This document shows, in pieces, positions 49,391 to 59,315 of a stretch of 64,000 bases of DNA (its first letter is position 1; each line of letters opens with the position of its first letter). The stretch covers positions 352,001-416,000 of the forward strand of contig JBKBYA010000002.1 in the NCBI GenBank assembly GCA_046313635.1, written 5' to 3'. The position numbers and the translations under genes are program-made. Origin of the DNA: Pyrinomonadaceae bacterium (lineage in GTDB: Bacteria; Acidobacteriota; Blastocatellia; Pyrinomonadales; Pyrinomonadaceae). The notes beneath the pieces are model-generated. The model worked only from the letters and a program-made list of their open reading frames with translations. It did not search any database and was not told the origin of the DNA.

Positions 49391-50623
49391 TTAGCTTGCT
49401 CGGCGCAGCGGCGTGCGGTCGGTCTCGGCCGGACGCTGCAGCTCCTGCAGGTGCTTGATGAATTCGGACGCGGCCTTTTTTGATAGCTCGTCCGTACGGC
49501 AGTTCATCACCGACTGGCACTCCTCGTCCGCATTGATCCGCATCTCGCGGGCTATCGCGCGGATCATCCCGAGCTGCTTCGCCGTGACGAGATCGGCGAG
49601 GTTCTTCGCGACCGGATCGGAGGGGAAGTTGGGCTCGTTCTCATCACGCGCCTGCACGCCGCCGTTGCGTTCAATGACGTCTGATTCCTTTTTGTAAAGA
49701 TCACGGGCGATGCCGAATTTGACCGCAGCCCGCTTGAGTGCGTCGTGCTCGGCCTTTTTGATCCCGGGCTCGCTGTTCGCACTGCCGGTGCCGACGCCTT
49801 CGCGGGTCACGCCGTCGATCGTGATCGCCGCCGTCACGGTGATCAGCTCGCCGATCTGGCGAATGTCCTTGACGGTGTGCGACCAGTTTGGGGCCGAGTC
49901 GTCAAGAATGTCGGCGACCGTGTGCCACTCGACGTAGTCGACCATCTGCACGTGCCCGTTGCGGTCGCGCCAGCCCTCGCGCTGCTTGACGAGCTTCGGA
50001 TCGACGTGCCGGCGAAGCTCCTTGAGCGTCTCCGAAAAATCGAGAACGTTAGAGTGCTCTTCGCGCTCGGTCAGCTCGTCCAGCCCCGCGAGATCGGCGC
50101 CTCCCACTTCCTTAAGATCAATGTTCTTCATTGCTTTTGCTCCTTGTGTGTTCCTCGACCTCGTCGCCGTGACCTCGATCGCTGCTTCCGGTCCGTCAGA
50201 AGCCGCATCGGTCTCGTGCGTCTCGGTCTCCTGTTCGCCGCGCTCGGACCCGCCGCGCGACTCAGTAAGGTCGTTAACCTGGGGAAGATGCTTTTCATCG
50301 CCTTTTACCGCTGCGACCTCGGCATCCTTTATGATCGTCTCCCGCTCGGTATTCCGGGCTTGGAGAGCAAACTTCACAGCCATGATGTGCTCGCAGCGAT
50401 AACCAACGGCCCTGCCGAATTCCGAAAACTCTGGACAGTTGCAGACGACACGGTTCGTCTCGTCGCGGCGAACTTCATATGAAACAGACTGCCCACGCAG
50501 GGCGGGCGTCGAAACAAGAAATTTGTCACCTTCACGCACGACGAGTCCCATCGCGGAGATCGCCCTTGCACGCTTTTCGCGTTGCTGCGCCGACTTGTTT
50601 TTGATCTGCTCTTCAACCTTCAT
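49391..50623 (-). CDS. SWIM zinc finger fused to Rad52/Rad22-family (DdrA-like) ssDNA-annealing domain
   Basis: CNCPEF...CEHIMAV (SWIM CxC..CxH). YVEW..V.D.LD...PNWS...ITIDGVTREGVG...K.AE.DALKRAAVKFGIARDLY (Rad52/DdrA-like). C-terminal T.KQ...I...LSK..AS.FI..L helical domain. Confidence 0.85.
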   Translation of the reverse strand: MKVEEQIKNKSAQQREKRARAISAMGLVVREGDKFLVSTPALRGQSVSYEVRRDETNRVVCNCPEFSEFGRAVGYRCEHIMAVKFALQARNTERETIIKDAEVAAVKGDEKHLPQVNDLTESRGGSERGEQETETHETDAASDGPEAAIEVTATRSRNTQGAKAMKNIDLKEVGGADLAGLDELTEREEHSNVLDFSETLKELRRHVDPKLVKQREGWRDRNGHVQMVDYVEWHTVADILDDSAPNWSHTVKDIRQIGELITVTAAITIDGVTREGVGTGSANSEPGIKKAEHDALKRAAVKFGIARDLYKKESDVIERNGGVQARDENEPNFPSDPVAKNLADLVTAKQLGMIRAIAREMRINADEECQSVMNCRTDELSKKAASEFIKHLQELQRPAETDRTPLRRAS

Positions 50624-50649
50624 TGGCTCGGTAAGACAGAGAAATTAGC

Positions 50650-50753
50650 TGTCCCATCTATGAAACATTGTATCAACCGGACCTATTTGTTGCAAGCATG
50701 AAACGAGGTGTTGCATTTAAAATTCGAGCGTGTTATGTTTTATCCGTGAAATG
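50650..50753. promoter_or_regulatory. Divergent sigma70 promoters overlapped by three 18-bp palindromic operator-like boxes
   Basis: Boxes TGTCCCA-TCTA-TGAAACA (50650), TGTTGCA-AGCA-TGAAACG (50688), TGTTTTA-TCCG-TGAAATG (50736). Minus promoter TTGCAA-N17-TACAAT; plus promoter TTGCAT-N17-TATGTT; both have extended TG. Confidence 0.75.
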
Positions 50754-50798
50754 CGGGGTCCATCGGTGACACTGCCTTGACGGAGGTGATCGAAAGAC

Positions 50799-51191
50799 AT
50801 GGGATTCAAGAACGAGAGTTTGATAAACACGGTGGAGCTCGGGCGAGCGATCAAACGCCGCCGCGAAGAGCTCGGCCTCAGCCTGCGTGACGTCGCGAAC
50901 GAGACGGGCGTTTCGGCGTCGACGCTTTCGCGGATCGAGAACGGCACGGGCAAGCCCGACGCCGACAACATCGCGCGGCTTACGTCATGGCTCGATATGC
51001 CAGTCGACCGCGTGATGAAAAAGCAGGCGTCGTCCGACGTCGAAGCGGTCGTCTATTATCCGCACGAGGCGACGACCGAGATCGTCGAGGCGCACCTCCG
51101 AGCCGATAAGAATCTGACGCCCGAGATGGCGAAGGCATTGTCCGAGATGTTTCGCGTCGCTTACCAGCAGTTCACCAAGCACGGGAAGTAA
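50799..51191 (+). CDS. XRE/Cro-C1 family HTH transcriptional regulator with C-terminal domain
   Basis: GGAGGTG SD; IKRRREELGLSLRDVA.ETGVS.STLSRIENG..KP. Confidence 0.93.
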   Translation: MGFKNESLINTVELGRAIKRRREELGLSLRDVANETGVSASTLSRIENGTGKPDADNIARLTSWLDMPVDRVMKKQASSDVEAVVYYPHEATTEIVEAHLRADKNLTPEMAKALSEMFRVAYQQFTKHGK

Positions 51192-51237
51192 AGCCGGAAA
51201 GTCGGCGGCGTTCACTCTTTAACCTAAAAGAAAAATT

Positions 51238-51642
51238 ATGAACACGATCGAGATCACACGGTCGCGGGCAAGGTACGCCCAAAATCGGCCGCAAATGTTG
51301 GACACGAGTTTTGTACTTTTCTTTCTCGCGATGGAACTGGGCCGGGGCGCGGACCTCTATTCGATGGACTCGGCGCTGATGCTCGTCACGCTGGCGACGG
51401 TCGCGGTGCTGCCCTTCTTGCTGATCGCGGAGGACGATCGGCCGGCATTCTCGGAGTGGGCGGCGGGGCGTGCGGTGATATCGCTGTTCGGCATCGCGAT
51501 CGGCGTGATGTTCGCAAGTTCGCTGGGCGTCGTGCTGCCCGAGTCTTTGAGGTTCTTTCCGATGACGGCGCTGATACTGGCGTCGACGGTCTGCTGTCTT
51601 AATCAGTTTTACGGGGTTCTTAGAATTCGTCCAGCAAAATAG
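51238..51642 (+). CDS. Hypothetical membrane protein (~4 TM)
   Basis: Four hydrophobic segments; co-oriented 46 bp after the XRE gene. Confidence 0.7.
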   Translation: MNTIEITRSRARYAQNRPQMLDTSFVLFFLAMELGRGADLYSMDSALMLVTLATVAVLPFLLIAEDDRPAFSEWAAGRAVISLFGIAIGVMFASSLGVVLPESLRFFPMTALILASTVCCLNQFYGVLRIRPAK

Positions 51643-51660
51643 GCAAAAGGCGAGGGCGAC

Positions 51661-51700
51661 AAAAAGATCCGCGAATGGCTCGGGACCATTCGCGGATCTT
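51661..51700. terminator. Hairpin terminator between convergent genes
   Basis: AAGATCCGCGAATGG-CTCGGGA-CCATTCGCGGATCTT perfect 15-bp stem; A run on the left gives a U tract for the trp/aroF transcript. Confidence 0.8.
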
Positions 51701-51720
51701 GCTATTTGGCTGCCGGCGAA

Positions 51721-52752
51721 TTATGCGGCGGCGTATGTGGGCTGAGTGTCCGAGACGAGCTCGTGGATCGCGGCGACCTGGCGGGCCAATTCGGCATATT
51801 GCGGCGGCGTTAAAGCCTGAGCTCCGTCGCAGAGCGCTAGCTCGGGGCACGGGTGCACTTCGATGATCAGACCGTCTGCGCCGACGGCGACGCCGGCCCG
51901 GGCGAGCGGGTTGACCATATATGTGTGGCCCGTGCCGTGCGAAGGGTCGACGATGACAGGCAGATGCGACAGACGGCGGATCGCGGGCACGATCGAGAGA
52001 TCGAGCGTGTTTCGCGCGTGATTGGCGAATGTGCGGATGCCGCGCTCACAGAGGATCACGTCGTAATTGCCCTCGGCCATGATGTACTCGGCGGCAAGCA
52101 GGAATTCGTCGAGTGTTGCCGAAAGGCCGCGTTTGAGAAGGATCGGCTTCTTGGCCTGCCCTGCATATTTGAGCAGCGAGAAGTTCTGCATATTGCGGGC
52201 GCCGATCTGGATGCAGTCGCCGTACTTTTCGACGAGATCGATGCCGTGCTCGTCCATCGCCTCGGTGACGATATTCAACCCGAACCGTTCGCGGACCTCG
52301 GCAAGTATCTTTAAGCCGTCCTCGCCCATTCCCTGGAAAGCGTACGGAGAGGTCCGCGGCTTGAAGGCTCCGCCTCGGAAGAATTTTGCTCCGCTCTCGG
52401 CGACCGTTTTTGCCACGGCGAAGACCTGCTCGTGATTTTCGATCGCGCACGGCCCGGCGATCATCGCGAGCTCGCCGCCGCCGATGGTGGCGTTGCCGAC
52501 CTTGACGACCGATTTCTCGGGCCTCAGGTCGCGCGAGATCAGTTTGTAAGGCTGTGTGACGCGGATGGTGTCGGCGACGCCGGGCAGATTTTCAAAATGT
52601 GCGGGATCGATCGCCCCGCGATTGCCGGTGATGCCGATCGCCGTGCGCGTCTCGCCCGGCATCGCATGCCCGCGAAAGCCGAGCTTCTCGACGACCTCTA
52701 AAACCCTTTCGATATCCGACTCGGTAGCATCGGACTTCATCACGATCAACAT
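51721..52752 (-). CDS. aroF: DAHP synthase, type I-beta with N-terminal regulatory domain
   Basis: [37 protein letters not shown]. Confidence 0.95.
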   Translation of the reverse strand: MLIVMKSDATESDIERVLEVVEKLGFRGHAMPGETRTAIGITGNRGAIDPAHFENLPGVADTIRVTQPYKLISRDLRPEKSVVKVGNATIGGGELAMIAGPCAIENHEQVFAVAKTVAESGAKFFRGGAFKPRTSPYAFQGMGEDGLKILAEVRERFGLNIVTEAMDEHGIDLVEKYGDCIQIGARNMQNFSLLKYAGQAKKPILLKRGLSATLDEFLLAAEYIMAEGNYDVILCERGIRTFANHARNTLDLSIVPAIRRLSHLPVIVDPSHGTGHTYMVNPLARAGVAVGADGLIIEVHPCPELALCDGAQALTPPQYAELARQVAAIHELVSDTQPTYAAA

Positions 52753-52787
52753 AGCGAAAAAACCTCTTACGAATGAAAAACTAAACT

Positions 52788-53599
52788 TTAGATTTCGGCA
52801 CCGGCATTTGCAACCGATGGCAGCAAGCCGCGGACACAGCTGCCGACCCTCTCGACCGGGTCGCTTCCCGCGGCCGATGCACTCGCGATCTCGGCGACGA
52901 TGGCCGAACCGACGACGGCCGCGTCGGCGTATCGCCAAACGTCCTCGACCTGCGCCGCGGTCGAAATGCCAAAGCCGACCGCGACCGGCAGATCGGTGAA
53001 TTGCCGCGCACGCTCGACGAGACGTTCCGCGTCGGCGGTCATCGCCTCTCGTGCTCCGGTGACGCCGGCCCGAGAGACGGCGTAGATAAATCCGCTCGCC
53101 GCGCGGCAGATCCTCTCGAGACGCGCGTCGCTCGTGGTCGGGGCGACGAGAGAGATCAGATCGAGTCCGCGTGCATTCAACGCTTTTCCGATCGCGGCGG
53201 CTTCGTCGTCGATCGCGTCGGTGATCAGTATGCCGTCGACGCCGCGTTCGGCCGCTTTGTCGACGAGCCTCTCAAAACCGTACTGCAGAAGAGGATTGAG
53301 ATAGCTGAAAAGCACGATCGGTGTTTGGTCGGTCTTTCTGAAGTCCGCGACCATCTCAAGCACGTCGGCGAGCCGCGTACCGCCAGCGAGAGCTCGCTGC
53401 GACGACGCTTGTATCGTCGGTCCGTCGGCCATCGGATCGCTGAAGGGAACTCCGAGCTCGATCACGTCGGCGCCGCACCAGGCAAGCTCGCGAACGATCG
53501 CGAGAGACGTCGCGCGGTCGGGATCGCCGGCGGTAACAAAGGGAACGAAGCCCTTCCGTCCGGCGGCCTTTAGTTGCGCAAATCTATCGGCGATACGGC

Positions 53600-53603
<4 letters not shown>
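52788..53603 (-). CDS. trpA: Tryptophan synthase alpha chain
   Basis: [31 protein letters not shown]. Confidence 0.97.
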
Positions 53604-54797
<1,194 letters not shown>

Positions 54798-54805
<8 letters not shown>

Positions 54806-55430
54806 AGATCGATCTCGCATTCGCGATAAACGCTCGCACTTTGTCGTGGTCCTTTTTGCCTTTTTCCGATTCGAGCAGACTGCACGCATCGACCGCGAAC
54901 GGCCTGACGGCGGCGATCGCGTCGGCGACATTCTCGGCCGACAGGCCGCCGGCGAGATAGACTCGATGACCGCCGTCGACGATCGATCTCGCGACGGACC
55001 AGTCGGCCACGATGCCGGTGCCGCCGTGCTCGGTCGGAGAAAATCCGTCGAGCAGCACCGCGTCTGCGCCGCACGCATCTATCGACCCGCGATCGAAACC
55101 GGGCGATATACGAAACGCTTTTATCACCTCGATGCCCGTCGCATCTCGCAGTCTCTGCACTTCGTCATTCGACTCTTCGCCGTGAAGCTGCACGGCGTCG
55201 AGACCGACCGACGCGGCGATGCTCGCGACGAGCCTAGGCGGCTTATTGACAAAGACTCCGACGAGCTTTACACCGTCGGGGAGTTTGTCGACGATCTCGC
55301 GGGCGGCCTTGGGATCGATGTACCGAGGGCTTCGCTCGTAAAAATTGAAACCCAGTGCGTCGGCTCCCGATTCGATCGCGTGCAGCGCGTCGTCGAGATT
55401 TGTAATGCCGCAGATCTTTACAAAAGTCAT
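54798..55430 (-). CDS. trpF: Phosphoribosylanthranilate isomerase
   Basis: VKICGIT, QLHG.E, GGTG...DW, LAGGL. Confidence 0.96.
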
Positions 55431-55498
55431 TGTCGATTCGTGGGCCTCTAAAACTAATTTCCTTTAAAGAACTGACAACGCCATCTGCCGCGGTTATG

Positions 55499-55659
55499 CC
55501 GCCCTATTTGCGGAAAAGCTTTGCTTTTCCCGAACTTCGTTCCTCTACTGCTTTGCGGCTCTGCCGCCGCCCGCCTGATCACCGGCGGCGAAGCAACAGA
55601 TCTATTTTCACCGCTGTCGGAAAAGCAGAGCTTTTCCGCAGATAGACAGGCGGAGCCCG
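55499..55659. repeat. REP/REPIN-like inverted doublet (CGGAAAAGC-NNN-GCTTTTCCG family), copy 2, between trpC and trpF
   Basis: TATTTGCGGAAAAGCTTTGCTTTTCC ... CGGAAAAGCAGAGCTTTTCCGCAGATAGACAGGCGGAGCCC. Confidence 0.8.
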
Positions 55660-55660
55660 A

Positions 55661-56476
55661 TTAGCCGCCAGCGGATCCAACGGACACTGATCGCCATTCA
55701 TTTATTACCTCGGCCGGGTCGCCCGAGCGCATCAGCGTCTCTCCGACAAGAAAGCCGTCGAATCCTAAAGACCGCAACTCGGCGATATCGCCGGCGGTAG
55801 AGATGCCGCTCTCGGCGATCATCAGCGCGCCGCCCGGCTTGTGTCTGATCAGGTTGCGCGAAACGTCGAGTGAGACGGCGAGCGTCTTGAGGTCGCGGTT
55901 GTTGACGCCGATCAGTTTGGCTCCGGCCGCCGCGGCGCGGTCGAGCTCACTCGCCGTATGGACCTCGACGAGCGCGTCGATGCCGAGCTCGCCCTCGGCC
56001 GCCTGCAGCAGTGAGCTCAATTCGCCATCTGAAAGTGCGGCGACGATCAGCAGCACCGCGTCGGCGCCGGCCGCGGCCGCCTCGTAGATCTGATACGCGT
56101 CGACGACAAAATCCTTTCGCAGCAGCGGCAGATCGACCGCCGCACGCGCGGCGCGGAGGTCGTCGAGCGAGCCTCGGAAATACTCGGGCTCGGTGAGGAC
56201 CGAGACGGCGGCCGCTCGTGCCGACTCGTATGCGCGGACGGTCGCGGCGAGATCGCGGTCGGCGTTGATGACGCCCTTGGACGGGGACGCGCGTTTGAAT
56301 TCGGCGATGATGTTCAGGCCATCGCGCTCGAGAGCCTTGCGCAGCCGATGCTTTTCGCGGTCGGCAAGTGCGTTGACGGCTTCGCGTCGCACGATGTCGA
56401 GCGGCTTGTCGGCGCGGGCGGCCGCGACGCGCGTCCGCGTCTTTTCGACGATCGTTGTGAGAAAGCTGCTATTCAT
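55661..56476 (-). CDS. trpC: Indole-3-glycerol phosphate synthase
   Basis: IAEFKRASPSKG, SVLTE..YF.GS, LRKDF, GVNNRDL, AESGI. Confidence 0.97.
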   Translation of the reverse strand: MNSSFLTTIVEKTRTRVAAARADKPLDIVRREAVNALADREKHRLRKALERDGLNIIAEFKRASPSKGVINADRDLAATVRAYESARAAAVSVLTEPEYFRGSLDDLRAARAAVDLPLLRKDFVVDAYQIYEAAAAGADAVLLIVAALSDGELSSLLQAAEGELGIDALVEVHTASELDRAAAAGAKLIGVNNRDLKTLAVSLDVSRNLIRHKPGGALMIAESGISTAGDIAELRSLGFDGFLVGETLMRSGDPAEVINEWRSVSVGSAGG

Positions 56477-57503
56477 CCGTCTTGTTTGTCATGGCCGCGA
56501 GCTCAGCCAGCTTTGCGGCAGCGGAGCCGGAACGCAAACTCTCGCGTGCCGCGGCGAGCGAATCGGCGAGCGTCTCGCCGGTGCCGGCGAGATGGATCGT
56601 CGCGGCCGCGTTGAGCAGGACGATCTTTTCGGACGGCTCGTCGAGCCGCTCGTTGCCGAGCACGGAACGAATGATCGCGGCACTCTCGGTGGCGGACGCG
56701 GCGCGGGGAAGGTTGACCTCTCCATTCGCCAAGCCAAAGTCGTGAGGGCTCAATTCAAATTCGCGTGCCGCTCCAGACTCGTCGGTCTCTGCGACAAACG
56801 TCCGCCCGCGCAGAGTGATCTCGTCGAGGCCGTCTTCGCCGTGGACGACCCACGAGCGGCGCGTGCCGAGTCTCGCGAGAACGTTTGCCGTGACCGCGAC
56901 GAGCTCGCGCGAATAGACGCCGATGAGCTGGTGCGGAGCCGAGGCCGGATTGCAAAGCGGGCCGAGGCTGTTAAATACCGTCGGCGTACCGAGTCGGCGA
57001 CGGGCTTCGGCAAGCATTGGCGAGAGGCGATGGAATTTCGGCGCGAACATAAAGCACGCGCCGATCTCATTGAGACAACGCTCGGCGAGCGAAGGCTCGA
57101 CGTCGACCTTTACGCCGAGCTCCGAGAGCGCGTCGGCGCTGCCGGTCTTGCTCGAGGCGGCGCGGTTGCCGTGCTTGGCGACGGCGACGCCCGCGCCTGC
57201 GGCGACGAACGCGGCGGCCGTCGAGACGTTGAATGTCTTTGCACGGCTGCCGCCCGTGCCGACCGAATCGACAAATCGCTCGTGGTTTGAAACGATCCTC
57301 ACCATCCGCGAGCGCATCACCGCCGCGAGCCCGAAGATCTCATTCTCTGTCACACCCTTTTGCCGCCACGCGGCGAGGAGCTCCGCCAGCAGATCGACAT
57401 CGTCCTCGGCGATCAATCGATCGAAGAACGCCTCGGCGTCGCCCGCCGCAAGCTCGCGGCCGGTTTTGAATTTCTCGAGATACTCAGCAAGAGGCGCGTT
57501 CAT
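56469..57503 (-). CDS. trpD: Anthranilate phosphoribosyltransferase
   Basis: GTGG...TFNVST, KHGNRAASSKTGSAD, T.FN.LGPL.NP, DGLDEI. Confidence 0.97.
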   Translation of the reverse strand: MNAPLAEYLEKFKTGRELAAGDAEAFFDRLIAEDDVDLLAELLAAWRQKGVTENEIFGLAAVMRSRMVRIVSNHERFVDSVGTGGSRAKTFNVSTAAAFVAAGAGVAVAKHGNRAASSKTGSADALSELGVKVDVEPSLAERCLNEIGACFMFAPKFHRLSPMLAEARRRLGTPTVFNSLGPLCNPASAPHQLIGVYSRELVAVTANVLARLGTRRSWVVHGEDGLDEITLRGRTFVAETDESGAAREFELSPHDFGLANGEVNLPRAASATESAAIIRSVLGNERLDEPSEKIVLLNAAATIHLAGTGETLADSLAAARESLRSGSAAAKLAELAAMTNKTDE

Positions 57504-57596
57504 TCAAGATTCCAAATTCCAAATTCCAGATTCCAAATTAAGATCTCAATCCGAGACCAAAAACCAAAGACCAAAAACCAAAAACAAATGACCAAC
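57502..57596. repeat. Two heptamer tandem tracts (ATTCCAA-like x5; ACCAAAA-like x5-6) filling the trpE-trpD gap
   Basis: Read directly from sequence. Confidence 0.8.
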
Positions 57597-57598
57597 CC

Positions 57599-59068
57599 CT
57601 AAAAACTCCCGCCTTCGGCCATTTCGATCGCACTGATCAAGACGCGGGCCTTGTTGACCGTCTCTTCGTACTCCGATGCGGGCACCGAATCGGCGACGAT
57701 GCCCGCGCCGGCTTGGATGTGGGCGACGCCGTTCTCGAGCACAAGCGTGCGGATGGCGATGCATGTGTCCATGTTGCCGGAATAGTCGAAATAGCCGACC
57801 GCTCCCGAATAAATGCCGCGCGGCGTCGGCTCGAGATCGCGGATTATTTCGACAGCCCGCACCTTCGGAGCTCCCGAGACGGTGCCGGCAGGGAAGCACG
57901 CTGCGAGCGCGTCAAAGCGGTCGCAGCCGTCGCGAAGCTCCGCGGTCAGCGTACTGACGAGATGCTGGACGTGCGAATACTTTTCGACGGTCATCAGTTC
58001 GTCGACCTTGACGGTACCGAATTCGGCAACGCGGCCGAGGTCGTTGCGGCCGAGATCGACGAGCATCATATGCTCGGCGACCTCCTTTTTATCCCGACGC
58101 ATTTCTTCGGCGAGGCGGCCGTCTTCGTCGGCGTCGACGCCGCGCTTTCGCGTGCCGGCGATCGGGTGATACGTGAGCTTGCGGCCTTCGGACCTAACGA
58201 GCATCTCGGGCGAGGCGCCGACGATCGACTTGTCGGCAAACTTCAGCAAAAACATATACGGCGAAGGATTGATCGTGCGGAGCGCGCGATAGACTGCGAG
58301 CGGGTCGGCGGTCGTCGGTTTTGAGAATCGCTGCGAGAGGACGACCTGATAGCATTCGCCGGCACGGATGAGCTCTTTGATCTGATCGACGGCGGCCTCA
58401 AAGTCGGCGCGTTGGAAGTTTGATGTGATCGTTGATCGTTGATCGTTGTTCATCGTATGCGGCGTTGGGAGATTGTAGCTCGGGTCTTCGAGGCGTTCGC
58501 GGATACGTTTGTTTATTGTTTGGGCTTCGCCGATGAGCGTCTCGGTGTCTTCGCCGTCATTTGGGAAGACAAGCGTAATGATCTTGACGGACTGCCGCGC
58601 GTGGTCAAACGCGACGACGGTGCGAAAGATCATAAACTCGGCGTCAGGTGTGATCTTTCCCGAAAGTTCATAGAGTCCGGGCTCGAACCAATTGATGCAG
58701 GGAAAAGAAAAGTATCCGATGGCGCCGCCGATGAAGCTGGGCAGGTCTTCTCCGCGATCAACTCCGACGGAGTCGAAATGTTCACGGAGATAATCAAACA
58801 ATGACGATCCGACATTGATCGACGTCCCATCGCGACCCGTGACCACCGTTCCTTGATTCCGGCCCCAAACTACGAATTCCGGATCGGCGCCGACGAATGA
58901 ATACCGCGCAAGATTTTCGCCGCCGGCGACCGACTCGAGCAGGAACGAGTTTGCCCCGCCGCCCTCCGACAGCTTGAGGTATACGCTCAAAGGCGTCAGC
59001 AGATCGGCCGGCATCGTCTCGACAACGGGAATGGCCTGACTAATTTGTTGGCGAACAGTTGTGTCCAT
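57599..59068 (-). CDS. trpE: Anthranilate synthase component I
   Basis: FLLES, YQVVLSQRF, NPSPYM, PIAGT..RG, EHMMLVDLGRND, PAGTVSGAPK. Confidence 0.96.
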   Translation of the reverse strand: MDTTVRQQISQAIPVVETMPADLLTPLSVYLKLSEGGGANSFLLESVAGGENLARYSFVGADPEFVVWGRNQGTVVTGRDGTSINVGSSLFDYLREHFDSVGVDRGEDLPSFIGGAIGYFSFPCINWFEPGLYELSGKITPDAEFMIFRTVVAFDHARQSVKIITLVFPNDGEDTETLIGEAQTINKRIRERLEDPSYNLPTPHTMNNDQRSTITSNFQRADFEAAVDQIKELIRAGECYQVVLSQRFSKPTTADPLAVYRALRTINPSPYMFLLKFADKSIVGASPEMLVRSEGRKLTYHPIAGTRKRGVDADEDGRLAEEMRRDKKEVAEHMMLVDLGRNDLGRVAEFGTVKVDELMTVEKYSHVQHLVSTLTAELRDGCDRFDALAACFPAGTVSGAPKVRAVEIIRDLEPTPRGIYSGAVGYFDYSGNMDTCIAIRTLVLENGVAHIQAGAGIVADSVPASEYEETVNKARVLISAIEMAEGGSF

Positions 59069-59083
59069 TTCTAGAGCTCATTT

Positions 59084-59195
59084 GACCGCGGATCGACACG
59101 GATGAGACGGATCCCGGACCACCCGATACGAGCGAAAATTTCATCCGGCGGTATCATCGTTTTATGGATCTGCGTCATCCGTTTCATCCGCGGTC
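59084..59195. repeat. Inverted repeat made of CGGAT-ending ~9-10-bp units in the trpE leader
   Basis: GACCGCGGAT CGACACGGAT GAGACGGAT CC ... GGATC TGCGTCATC CGTTTCATC CGCGGTC. Confidence 0.7.
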
Positions 59196-59236
59196 GATAA
59201 CCTGGTAACCCATTCTCCTGGCAAAACTGATATCCC

Positions 59237-59277
59237 AAAAAGCAAAAACGCCGCTCGAGTTTGATTCTCAAGCGGCG
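59237..59277 (-). terminator. trp attenuator terminator
   Basis: Minus strand CGCCGCTTGAG-AATCAAA-CTCGAGCGGCG followed by TTTTTGCTTTTT, 38 nt after the leader peptide stop. Confidence 0.85.
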
Positions 59278-59315
59278 CCTAAAGTGCAGGGAAGCGGTAA
59301 AACTCTCGGACAAGT

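Noticed and set aside
49391..51191. Rad52-like (Sak) recombinase plus Cro/CI gene as a prophage remnant
   Set aside because: No other phage genes, att sites or evident compositional shift; flanked by housekeeping genes
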